From IMG/VR virus record IMGVR_UViG_3300034072_002211, positions 1-64,000 of that record: a stretch of 64,000 nucleotides of DNA. The stretch is one strand, 5' to 3'. A program made the translations under genes and the position numbers. Shown one piece after another: positions 19,490-27,797 of the stretch. A model generated the notes under the pieces. That model was not told the DNA's origin, ran no database searches, and saw only the letters and a program-made list of their open reading frames with translations. How positions within the stretch are numbered: the first letter of the stretch is position 1; the number at the start of each line of letters is the position of its first letter.

Positions 19490-19904
19490 CCAGCTTACGC
19501 ATCAGCTGGATGTCGTTGAACATCTTTTTCAGCTGTTCATTGTCTTTCAGGTCTTCCATGAGATAGTGCCACTTGAGTGCGTTGTGGCACATCTTGCGAT
19601 AGGCGCGCTCAAACTTCTTGATCTCTCGAAGATGGCGCTCTTCCATTTCACGGACGTTCTCGAGCGGCAGTTCAGCCTGATACCAGACTTCCTCCATAGG
19701 GAGGTCTTCCTGTTCGTAATGATCAGACGATGCTTCGCAGACTTCCTCTGCGTCATCATAGTCATAGACGCCGAAGATATCACAGGCCATCTGAGGACCA
19801 AAAGGATTGGAGTCCTTGGGATACGAAGACCTAGGACTGATTCTGTTATAGACAGACTTCGACAGAATGGATGCGCCACGAAGTGGCCGAGGGTTGCGAG
19901 CCAT
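19470..19904 (-). CDS. Hypothetical protein (C-terminal helix family, member 1)
   Basis: Start reassigned to MARNP (AGGA upstream); ends KDNEQLKKMFNDIQLMRKL. Confidence 0.6.
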   Translation of the reverse strand: MARNPRPLRGASILSKSVYNRISPRSSYPKDSNPFGPQMACDIFGVYDYDDAEEVCEASSDHYEQEDLPMEEVWYQAELPLENVREMEERHLREIKKFERAYRKMCHNALKWHYLMEDLKDNEQLKKMFNDIQLMRKLGGSEGV

Positions 19905-19966
19905 AGAAAAATCCTGGGAAGTGGTTAAACTCCCCAGGATTCTACACACCAGAGTCTAGAAGCGCA

Positions 19967-20227
19967 TTATTGAAGTTCGCCGCGGCCCTTCATGACTTCA
20001 ACATTCTCTAGTGCGGCAATAATGACAGCCGCAGCCTTAACCAAGTTGTCCTCGAACTCCTCAGTTTCAGGCACAATGCCATTGCGGCGCACCTCGGCAC
20101 TCACGTAGTGGCTGATCATAGCCACCCAGTCGCCTGGGGTGTTCTTGGCATCCCATTCAGAGCCAGGGAGGTCAGCTTGACGCTGACGCTCCGCACGGAT
20201 CTTTTCAAGAAGCGAATCTAGCTTCAC
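19967..20227 (-). CDS. Small all-alpha protein, possibly MazG-like NTP pyrophosphohydrolase fold
   Basis: AERQRQ...DWVAMI...EE..DNLVKAAAVIIAALE resembles MazG-like helices. Confidence 0.45.
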   Translation of the reverse strand: MKLDSLLEKIRAERQRQADLPGSEWDAKNTPGDWVAMISHYVSAEVRRNGIVPETEEFEDNLVKAAAVIIAALENVEVMKGRGELQ

Positions 20228-21225
20228 TTCTTGGCCTTAGGCGGACGACCGCGCTTCTTAGGCGCAGGAGCAGGTTCAGCCTTGCTACCAGCAGGAGTGC
20301 CATCCTTGCGGGGGCGACCAACTGGATTCTTGGGCTGCATTGCTTCCCACTTTTCCTTGTCAGCCTTGTCTTCACGCAGCGCAGCACGATCCAGGAACTC
20401 CTGGATAGCAGCATCGCTGGTGTCAACCTGATTGCCTTCAACCTCATCAGCGTCCGCGACCTCAGTAGCCACAAAAGCTTCTGGGTTGAACTCTGCCTGA
20501 GCAGCCGCAAGAGCAGCGGCAACCTCAGGTGGGAGCGAAGGGTCAACGGCAGGAGTAATCACTTCGGGTACTAGGACTGCTTCTGACAGCTCTTCAACCT
20601 CAGTGACGCTCGCAGGGGCTTCTAGGGGTGCCTCAGGCGCAAGAGCAGGAGCCGATGCCTCGGTTACTTCTGGACTAGCCGTCACCTGTGGGCGAAGCTG
20701 CGGAACCATGCGGTATGCCTGCTCACGCTTGCGAGCAGCTTCAGCTTCGAGGTCTTCGGCCTGACGCAGGATGTTTTGCGCGATGTCGACCTGCGACTGC
20801 GCGACGTCTGCCTTCTGATTTTCAAGAACGCGGTTCTCGAGTTCAGTCTTGACCTCCACTGGAGCATCTTCGCCGTTCATGTAGTCGACGATGGTGCGGA
20901 GAGGGCAAGGCGCATTTGGCGCAGGATACATCACGATGTTGTCAATGTTCACAGGACGGAGGAAACCGTAAGTGTGGAGGGCATTCATCATGTCCAGTCC
21001 AGTGTTTGGCATGGGACGACGAGCCAGTAGGGTGTGGAGGTGTGGCACCTGCTGACCTTCGACGGAATCAATGATTTCCATCAGAGGATCATGGAAACGG
21101 TCTGGCAGCGCATCAGTGTCTACGATAAGAGCATTCTCCTCGTTGCCTGGGATCTGCATGTAAACCACGACGCAGCGGCGGTCAGTGTTCCTGATGCGAC
21201 CAACGTGCTTCTTGAAATTGCTCAT
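20224..21225 (-). CDS. Hypothetical protein with low-complexity linker and two C-terminal AT-hook-like motifs
   Basis: PVGRPRKDG and KKRGRPPKAKK at C-terminus; Ala/Pro/Glu-rich middle. Confidence 0.7.
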   Translation of the reverse strand: MSNFKKHVGRIRNTDRRCVVVYMQIPGNEENALIVDTDALPDRFHDPLMEIIDSVEGQQVPHLHTLLARRPMPNTGLDMMNALHTYGFLRPVNIDNIVMYPAPNAPCPLRTIVDYMNGEDAPVEVKTELENRVLENQKADVAQSQVDIAQNILRQAEDLEAEAARKREQAYRMVPQLRPQVTASPEVTEASAPALAPEAPLEAPASVTEVEELSEAVLVPEVITPAVDPSLPPEVAAALAAAQAEFNPEAFVATEVADADEVEGNQVDTSDAAIQEFLDRAALREDKADKEKWEAMQPKNPVGRPRKDGTPAGSKAEPAPAPKKRGRPPKAKK

Positions 21226-21276
21226 TATTGAGTCTCCTTATTGGGTGATTGCCAGTCACCAGACAGGCAGAAAGGA

Positions 21277-21486
21277 TCAGGCTTCTGCCTGATCCTCTGC
21301 TGGTTCTTCTTCCTTGGGCATGGTTGCCTCGAGGAAAGCGGCAAGCTTATCGCGAACCGAGCCAACGCTCGAGAGTTCGCCGCCCTTGAAAGCACCACGC
21401 TCGGCCGCAACATCAATGATGCGGAGCGTGTTCTGCAGATCGACCAACGTGATCTGTGGGGCTTCCGTCTGGGTCTCTTCAGCCAT
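21277..21486 (-). CDS. Small conserved phage protein
   Basis: ITLVDLQNTLRIIDVAAERGAFKGGELSSVG; GGAG RBS. Confidence 0.75.
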   Translation of the reverse strand: MAEETQTEAPQITLVDLQNTLRIIDVAAERGAFKGGELSSVGSVRDKLAAFLEATMPKEEEPAEDQAEA

Positions 21487-21604
21487 AGGTGTTCTCCTTG
21501 ATTTCGGCTTATCCGATCTCTGGAGAATACTAGAATTGGTGAGGAAAACTCAATATTCTAGCGGCACCCAACCATATTTAGTTAAGTGCCGCTAGAACTC
21601 CCTT

Positions 21605-22183
21605 TTAGAGGATGGAAGTGCGCCTGCGCCTCTTGGCCTTCACGGTGACGAGGTCCTCGTTCCAGCCAGTGAACTGCGCCCACGACTCGTGAGGCACCTC
21701 GATGGGCATCTGCTGCGCCTTGGCCACCAACTGGTAGTAGTCAGGACGCTTGGGAGTGCCGCACTTGGGCTTCATGTTCATGAAGTGCGCCTTCTCGAGG
21801 TTGCAGGGACCACAAGCGGCCACCACGTTCTCCCAGCGAGTCTTACCGCCGTGGAAGCGGGGAACAACGTGGTCGAGCGTCAGCAGCGACTTGTCGTGCT
21901 TGCAGTCCTTGCCGCAGTATTGGCACTGGTAGTCGTCGCGCAACAGAACGTTAGCCCTGCTGAACTTGACCCCGCGGTTCACCTTGACATAGTCGCGGAG
22001 CAAGAGCACCGCGGGCACCTGGATGGTGGTCGAAGGCGAATGCACGTCCCAGTCCTCATAGTGGGCGAGGACCTCGGCGTTCTCGAGGAATTGCAGCTTG
22101 ATGGCAGCTTGCCAGTTGAGGGTGCTCAGGGGCACCACGCTCAAGGGCAAACCGTCCGCGTTCAGGATCAACGTGTCAGACAT
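21605..22183 (-). CDS. HNH endonuclease (McrA-like/HNH_5 type)
   Basis: LLRDDYQCQYCG...LTLDHVVPRFHGGKTRWENVVAACGPCNLEK. Confidence 0.9.
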   Translation of the reverse strand: MSDTLILNADGLPLSVVPLSTLNWQAAIKLQFLENAEVLAHYEDWDVHSPSTTIQVPAVLLLRDYVKVNRGVKFSRANVLLRDDYQCQYCGKDCKHDKSLLTLDHVVPRFHGGKTRWENVVAACGPCNLEKAHFMNMKPKCGTPKRPDYYQLVAKAQQMPIEVPHESWAQFTGWNEDLVTVKAKRRRRTSIL

Positions 22184-22293
22184 GGGGCACCTAATCGTTC
22201 TATGCGTTTGTGTACCCCTACACTCTTTTACTTATACAGACAGATAGGATAGAATCAATCTAAAAGTGCAGGGACACCAGAAAAAACGCTAAG

Positions 22294-23565
22294 TTAATGA
22301 TACTTAAAGTTTTGAACCACGAGTTCGTCGCCTTGGAAGAACACATCTGCGGAGGTTAGGCGACCACCCTTGCCGCTTCCTGTGTCCATGAAATATGCTA
22401 CACCTCCCTGGCTACCACGGACCAAAAGCGGCTTCACAGTGCTCCTAATGTCATGGCCGACCATGACCTGCTTGCCCTGTGGAATCCTATTCACCCACTC
22501 GTAAATGCGCGTGGGATAGCCGTCTGCCCTCTGGGGAGCCGTGTTGTCGACTTCACCAAAGAGCGCCATGGTCTCGAACTTGCCGGTCAAGCGAGCACTC
22601 GTGATGTCAAACATCTCAGGCTCAGCCGCGCCATGCGTGAAGAGAGTGTTGCCAATGATCCAATGGTGCCTAGAGAACCCTAGCAGGGCCCTGTAGCGCG
22701 TTTCGAACTTACGACGGGCGTCGGATGCTAGAGCTTCAATGGCCCTTGTAGTGACCTTGTTACCGTCACTGAGACGCACTCTTACGTCGTTGTGCTTGAC
22801 TTGTTCTAGCCAACGCTCAATCTTGCGCTCATGATTGCCAATGAGGCTGATGCCACGACCGCGCGTCACAATGCTGTAGACGTGATCCACACACTCAAGT
22901 GAATTGATACCATAATCCAGAATATCGCCCAGGAACACGCAGAAAAGCTTTCTCTGAGTTGCCCACTCGGTAGCATTCTTAAGCGGTTCAATCATACCAT
23001 GGACGTCGCCGACTACCATGATTCCGCGATAGCCACGGTTCTCAATGACCTTCTTGAGATCGATGTTGGTCAGTTTGCTGACAACCTCAAAATCCTCATT
23101 ACGAAAGTCAATGACGTTCGCAATACCATCACCCCTGAGAATATCACGCTCATTGGTGCGGAAAACATGCTCGTGCTTGGAGATTGTACCAGTAGCCGAA
23201 AGCCGCCAACTACGCTTGGCATCTGAGAGCTTGGTCTCCAGATTCCTATTACATACGATATAGAAAATGGGAACGCCAGTTCTCGAGCCAATATCGGCGA
23301 GACTCATACGATCCTTTTTGCGGAGATTGGTAGCATCGACGACCACGCGCTCGCCAAGCTCTAGCTTGAGCTGGGTGCGGCGATGAATCTCCTTGAACAC
23401 CACATCATTGATATCAAGACGCTGATAGTCTCCCGAGAGCTCATAGCGGATTTCTTCGCTGCTCATGATCTCATAGGGATCGAACTTCAAGCTAGTCAGG
23501 TGGGTCTTTCCGCCGCCCGCGGGGCCAACCATGATAACCAAACTATGGAGCGGAATTCTTTTCAT
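22294..23565 (-). CDS. pnkp: Polynucleotide kinase-phosphatase (P-loop kinase + metallophosphoesterase), no ligase domain
   Basis: GPAGGGKT P-loop, VVDATN; VGDVHG, LGDILDYG, GNHE, GHD, DTG phosphoesterase motifs as in bacterial Pnkp N-terminal two domains. Confidence 0.85.
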   Translation of the reverse strand: MKRIPLHSLVIMVGPAGGGKTHLTSLKFDPYEIMSSEEIRYELSGDYQRLDINDVVFKEIHRRTQLKLELGERVVVDATNLRKKDRMSLADIGSRTGVPIFYIVCNRNLETKLSDAKRSWRLSATGTISKHEHVFRTNERDILRGDGIANVIDFRNEDFEVVSKLTNIDLKKVIENRGYRGIMVVGDVHGMIEPLKNATEWATQRKLFCVFLGDILDYGINSLECVDHVYSIVTRGRGISLIGNHERKIERWLEQVKHNDVRVRLSDGNKVTTRAIEALASDARRKFETRYRALLGFSRHHWIIGNTLFTHGAAEPEMFDITSARLTGKFETMALFGEVDNTAPQRADGYPTRIYEWVNRIPQGKQVMVGHDIRSTVKPLLVRGSQGGVAYFMDTGSGKGGRLTSADVFFQGDELVVQNFKYH

Positions 23566-23639
23566 ATCACCAGCTTACTTGCTAATTGACTTTGGTGTCA
23601 ATTTAACCTCATAATAACACATACTGGTGAGGATACCAT

Positions 23640-24092
23640 ATGCGCCGTGCTTTTCTTCTTGCCGGCATTGCTGCTGGCGCTGTTGCTCTATTTACAACTG
23701 TCTCTGTGACCGTTTCTGCTCGTCAGGCTTCGCAGATCCAGACCTTCAAGACCAAACTCGCTGATCTGACGTTCTGCCGGACTGGCTACGACATTGCGAG
23801 TTCGCGTCCCCACTACATTGCGAGGTTCACAGAGGACGCCCAAGAAAAGGCTGACCTCATTGAACTCAGTGATGTCCTTCTCGAACGCAAAGAGCAGCTG
23901 GATCAGCTGATCTCTGACCATCTCAAGGAAGCTAAGGACCTTCCCTTGGATGCCTATGAGCGTTCGTTGCTGGTCGAAAAGACCACGTGGGAGGCAGAAC
24001 TTGATGCCGTTCATACGGCAGGATGGGTCCAGGAACCCGAAGCATTCCTGGACCACCTGTTGGAGCGTTGCGAGCCCTATATCAACGAATAA
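23640..24092 (+). CDS. Hypothetical exported/membrane-anchored protein
   Basis: Signal-peptide-like N-terminus MRRAFLLAGIAAGAVALF; GAGG RBS; divergent promoter region 23572-23615. Confidence 0.65.
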   Translation: MRRAFLLAGIAAGAVALFTTVSVTVSARQASQIQTFKTKLADLTFCRTGYDIASSRPHYIARFTEDAQEKADLIELSDVLLERKEQLDQLISDHLKEAKDLPLDAYERSLLVEKTTWEAELDAVHTAGWVQEPEAFLDHLLERCEPYINE

Positions 24093-24609
24093 CCGCATTG
24101 CCCTCGGCATCAATGCTGAGGGTGCCGCGCTTGACTCGAAGTGAGCCCTTAGTGCTGGGATGCTCCGGGGTCTCACGGGTCGTGAAGCCGGCCAGACAAT
24201 CCATGTGGTTGACGTAGAAGGTCTTGCCCCGGGCCTTCACAACCCACATGGGGATGAAGTCGAACTCGATGGACTTCTTGTTGAAGTGGAAGTCGATGTT
24301 CTTGCTTTCGACCTCCAGGGGAAACTCCTTCTTCTGCTCCTCGACACCCTTTTTCATGTCCTTGATCTGCTGCCAGCGGATCTTGGCCGTTTCGAGTGCG
24401 GTCATGAGCTTGCGAGCGATTGCGCGCTTGTGACCATGCTCCTTGATCAGGGCGCCGACCGGCTGACCTGCGCGCTGTCGAGCCTTGATCTCGAACTTGC
24501 TCGCCCGGACCTCCGAAGAGGCGTGAGCATAAAGCTCACGCCAATCGGAACGCCACTCGCTGTAGCCCTGGTAGTCGGTGAACTTGGGCTGCATACCGTG
24601 AACGCTCAT
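24082..24609 (-). CDS. Hypothetical protein (N-terminal domain paralogous to 24623..24880)
   Basis: FTDYQGYSEWRSDWRELY vs FTTRDEYLAYRTDWRAKY. Confidence 0.7.
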   Translation of the reverse strand: MSVHGMQPKFTDYQGYSEWRSDWRELYAHASSEVRASKFEIKARQRAGQPVGALIKEHGHKRAIARKLMTALETAKIRWQQIKDMKKGVEEQKKEFPLEVESKNIDFHFNKKSIEFDFIPMWVVKARGKTFYVNHMDCLAGFTTRETPEHPSTKGSLRVKRGTLSIDAEGNAVIR

Positions 24610-24622
24610 CAGTCCTACTCCC

Positions 24623-24880
24623 TTACGCTGCCTGAGCGACCGAAGCCGCCAGCTGGTTGTTCTTGAACTCCGTGGCTGCCGTGCGCTCCAACATCATCTT
24701 GTTGGCGCGAACGCGCAGGTAGTGGAGTGCGGACTGCAGGTCGGCGTTGTCGCCCTTGTTGGCACGCTGAGCGGCCTTGTTGGCGCGGATCTCGAGGGTG
24801 AGAGCCTTATACTTGGCACGCCAGTCGGTGCGGTAAGCCAGGTATTCGTCGCGGGTGGTGAAAGTGAAATTGTAAGTCAT
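24623..24880 (-). CDS. Hypothetical basic protein
   Basis: 85 aa, coupled to neighbours. Confidence 0.7.
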   Translation of the reverse strand: MTYNFTFTTRDEYLAYRTDWRAKYKALTLEIRANKAAQRANKGDNADLQSALHYLRVRANKMMLERTAATEFKNNQLAASVAQAA

Positions 24881-25200
24881 TACTGTGCTCCTCCGAAAGT
24901 AAGTTTGAAAAGGACCGCCAGGTCCTGCTTCTCGAAATACCAGCGATTACCGCCGCTGGTGTGCCAGTAGCTACCGGCGCGTTCCTCGCACCACTGCTTC
25001 ATTTCGGCCATCAGGGTGCTGTTGGGCTCCCTCAGGTCGACAGTGGTCATCTCCGGCCAGGCTTCCCGAAGGTGCCGTGACCAGTGCTTGTCTCGAGTGT
25101 TTGCGCCAATGGGTGGACAGAACTTGAGGCCCTGTTCCCGCCAGACCTTAAGGTAGGCCTGGGTAGCGAGGCTTTGTGCGGTTTTGAAATCCGTCGCCAT
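24880..25200 (-). CDS. Hypothetical protein, FxxxxDAxxFKL family
   Basis: EMKQWCEE...WYFEKQDLAVLFKLTFGG. Confidence 0.7.
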   Translation of the reverse strand: MATDFKTAQSLATQAYLKVWREQGLKFCPPIGANTRDKHWSRHLREAWPEMTTVDLREPNSTLMAEMKQWCEERAGSYWHTSGGNRWYFEKQDLAVLFKLTFGGAQ

Positions 25201-25658
25201 CAGTTGATCGCCGAGAATCGCTTGGTGATCGCATGGGCCTGCTCCTTGGTGCAGGGACCAATGCCGAGGGCGGTCACGATGGGGCTACCATCGAACGCGG
25301 TTCCTGGGATCACGTGGTTCTTGTCGATAATCAGCGAGGTGATCAGACCAGCAGCCTGGGCTTCTTCGTAAGCGCGCTGGAGAGCGGCTTCGTTCTTAGC
25401 CTTGAGGATGATCTGGGTGCCGATGAAGTCGGGGCCCTGATAGACCCGGAGCAACTCGGGATCGCGACGGCTCGCGAGGAGCACACAATTCTTGGCCGCG
25501 TGACAAGCCTGGCTTGCCATCTTACCCGGAGCCATGTCCAGGTCGCCGCGAATGATGCTGTAGATGCGAAGCTTTTCCGAGGCAGCTTCGAACGCCTCAT
25601 AGTCGTTGTCGTTGTCGTAACGAGCAGCGGCTTCCTACAGGAACGAATTGGTAAGCAT
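25200..25658 (-). CDS. pth2: Peptidyl-tRNA hydrolase type 2 (Pth2) with in-frame TAG at codon 8 (25635-25637); read-through or pseudogene
   Basis: LRIYSIIRGDLDMAPGKMASQACHA, IILKA, IID...T.LGIGP = Pth2 motifs; ATG 25658 preceded by AGGAG; translation MLTNSFL*EAAARYDNDNDYEAFEAASEKLRIYS... Confidence 0.85.
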
Positions 25659-25737
25659 TAAACTTCTCCTTCTCTTTTTGTCCAACATCGGACAACGCTC
25701 AACATAGGCACTCTTTTTCCTACGTCAACCGTTTTTC

Positions 25738-26106
25738 TTACCTCCAACGCAATTTGAACATCATTGCGTCTTTGCCATTCTCGAAAACCACACCCACGCT
25801 GGACGAGCAACCGCTGCTCCAGCCGACCTTTTTGAAGTCGCCGAACTTGACGTTCTCTTCCAACCAGGGAAGCATCTCAGAGAATGTTGAAGCAATAAAG
25901 CCTGTGATACGAACCAAATACCAACCGGGGTATTTGGCATTCACAGAATCAGCAAATTCGAGGTCAGGGAACTCATCCTCCTCGAACATACTGTTGAGCT
26001 TGGCCTCACCCAAGACACCATCGGTCTCAGGCTCTGCGAGGTCGTCGAACCACTCGTCGACATGCTCGTTATTGGGATTGTAATAGTAGGGGGTAAACGT
26101 CGTCAT
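25738..26106 (-). CDS. Hypothetical protein, FxxxxDAxxFKL family
   Basis: EMLPWLEEN...VVFENGKDAMMFKLRWR. Confidence 0.75.
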   Translation of the reverse strand: MTTFTPYYYNPNNEHVDEWFDDLAEPETDGVLGEAKLNSMFEEDEFPDLEFADSVNAKYPGWYLVRITGFIASTFSEMLPWLEENVKFGDFKKVGWSSGCSSSVGVVFENGKDAMMFKLRWR

Positions 26107-26172
26107 CTCTCATCTCACTCTTAAACCAAAATCACAGGGGACCTTGGGAGTGAGTGGAGGGGCTCGAGGGGC

Positions 26173-26196
26173 CTAGACGTGGATGTTGGTCTTCAT
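26173..26196 (-). CDS. Putative leader peptide MKTNIHV ending in TAG
   Basis: ATG 7 nt downstream of a TTGACT-N17-TATAAG promoter (26204-26232); followed by C-rich non-coding tract. Confidence 0.45.
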   Translation of the reverse strand: MKTNIHV

Positions 26197-26234
26197 GCTT
26201 CTACTTATACGCAGAAAGCGTGTGGAAGTCAAAA

Positions 26235-26675
26235 TTAGATCAATCCACGCTCATGGCACTCTTCGAGCACGCCACGATAGACGCGCATGTTGGGCTGATA
26301 CGGACCCCGGCCAAAATACTTGGCATCGTCCCCGTTGAGGGCCTTGTCGAGGGCCGCGCCAATGGCTGCGCTGCGGCACCGCCCCATGAGGCAGTGGATG
26401 TAGATGACGCTCACATCCTTGCTTTTCATGTCCTCCACGAAGTCGAGGACAGCTTCAGCATGGGTGGGATTGAACAGAATGCGAGCTTCCTCTTCGGGCT
26501 CACCATTCTTGTATTCGTCAATGTCATGGAACTTGAGGTTGAGCCTTCCAGTCAGGTGCTCGTTCTCATAGACCTCCGGAAAGTCACCTTTCTCGCAGAT
26601 GCTGATGAGCGCCCAAGGCTTGTCGGGCGGAGTTGCGGTCATCATGACCGCACGGCTGTAGACTACGAACTTCAT
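26235..26675 (-). CDS. Protein-tyrosine/dual-specificity phosphatase-like protein
   Basis: IYIHCLMGRCRSAAIG = HCxxGxxRS P-loop; ISI...LNLKFHDID. Confidence 0.85.
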   Translation of the reverse strand: MKFVVYSRAVMMTATPPDKPWALISICEKGDFPEVYENEHLTGRLNLKFHDIDEYKNGEPEEEARILFNPTHAEAVLDFVEDMKSKDVSVIYIHCLMGRCRSAAIGAALDKALNGDDAKYFGRGPYQPNMRVYRGVLEECHERGLI

Positions 26676-26705
26676 GTCACCAGTCTACAGCCTAGCACCA
26701 GTTTG

Positions 26706-26981
26706 TCAACCCTCGATGCTGGAGATCTCGATCTCCAGATAATAGTCTTCAGCCATCATCTGGAGAACTCCGCCTTCGATCCATGCTTCTTGGCGAGGAT
26801 CGAACTCAGCCCAATCCAGAGAAGCCGGCGACACTGTGACGGCCTTTCCTTTGTGGTGTTGGACGAAGAGATCCATGGGAGCGAAAGCCGGTGGATTCTC
26901 GGCATCACGAGCTCGATACTTGCGGGCGCTGTAGGTCTGGCCATTGACCAGCTTGTCAGCTAGATCTGAACCCTTGCTCAT
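26706..26981 (-). CDS. Hypothetical protein
   Basis: 91 aa; ATGA overlap with upstream synthetase-like gene. Confidence 0.65.
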   Translation of the reverse strand: MSKGSDLADKLVNGQTYSARKYRARDAENPPAFAPMDLFVQHHKGKAVTVSPASLDWAEFDPRQEAWIEGGVLQMMAEDYYLEIEISSIEG

Positions 26982-27796
26982 TCACTCGGCTCCCTGTTGA
27001 TGTCGTCACGCTGGGCCTGTTGCCAGTTGTAGACGCAACGGTCGAGGCCGATGGCAATCTCGAGCACGAGCGCATCCTTTTCGACCAGACCTTTCTTGCT
27101 CTGGAAAGCCAGCTTCTGAGGGAAATCAGTCCGCTTGCTGATGCTGCAGACTTCCATCCACTTGTCGCCGTTCCAGACCTCGACGTCCATGGTGCGGAGC
27201 GAATAAGCGGGCAGACGATCACTCTCCACAAGCCGCGTCGGCAAGTGAATCTGAGAAGCGATCATCTTGCGGACCTTCTCCAGCATCTCTTCCTGATAGT
27301 CGAGAGCTGTGTCGGCGCTGTAGACGCACTGAAACTCCTGCTGGTAGAATTCCTTGAGCCGCATGTGCTTGGTTGGCTGGACGATCTCGCGCCGGAAACT
27401 CTTACCGGCCTGCCAGACGCAGAAGGGCGGGAAGATGCTCAGTTGATTGTTGAGCAGGTATTGCGCGTAGGCGTAGCTGCCGGGCGTCGTTTCGGGCCGC
27501 AGAGCCAGTTCACGGTAGCCTTGCCGCGCCTGCGTCAGAGCCTCGAACTCTTCTTCAGTTTTGGCAGGAGCATCCACGTCTTCCTGAACCCAGATATCCT
27601 GTTCGGTATAGTTGACGTTGAGGAGGTCGCGCGGAGTCAGCAGCGGTGCTTCCACGAAGAAGAACTTCCACTGTGGGTTGAGGGCAACAAGGTCCCGCTG
27701 AACTGTCTGGGCGAAGAAGTCCCGGAAGTGTTCGCGGAGCCGGATCTCTTCCTCACTCCAGAAGATCAGGCCGTTGATGTCAAAGGTATTCTGCAT
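26978..27796 (-). CDS. Minimal class II aminoacyl-tRNA synthetase, GlyRS (alpha2-type)-like catalytic core without anticodon-binding domain
   Basis: LRPETT (GlyRS LRPETAQ), motif 2 QAGKSFRRE...MRLKEFYQQE, WMEVCSISKRTDF, motif 3 VLEIAIGLDR; ends about 15 aa after motif 3 (272 aa). Confidence 0.8.
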   Translation of the reverse strand: MQNTFDINGLIFWSEEEIRLREHFRDFFAQTVQRDLVALNPQWKFFFVEAPLLTPRDLLNVNYTEQDIWVQEDVDAPAKTEEEFEALTQARQGYRELALRPETTPGSYAYAQYLLNNQLSIFPPFCVWQAGKSFRREIVQPTKHMRLKEFYQQEFQCVYSADTALDYQEEMLEKVRKMIASQIHLPTRLVESDRLPAYSLRTMDVEVWNGDKWMEVCSISKRTDFPQKLAFQSKKGLVEKDALVLEIAIGLDRCVYNWQQAQRDDINREPSE

Positions 27797-27797
27797 G

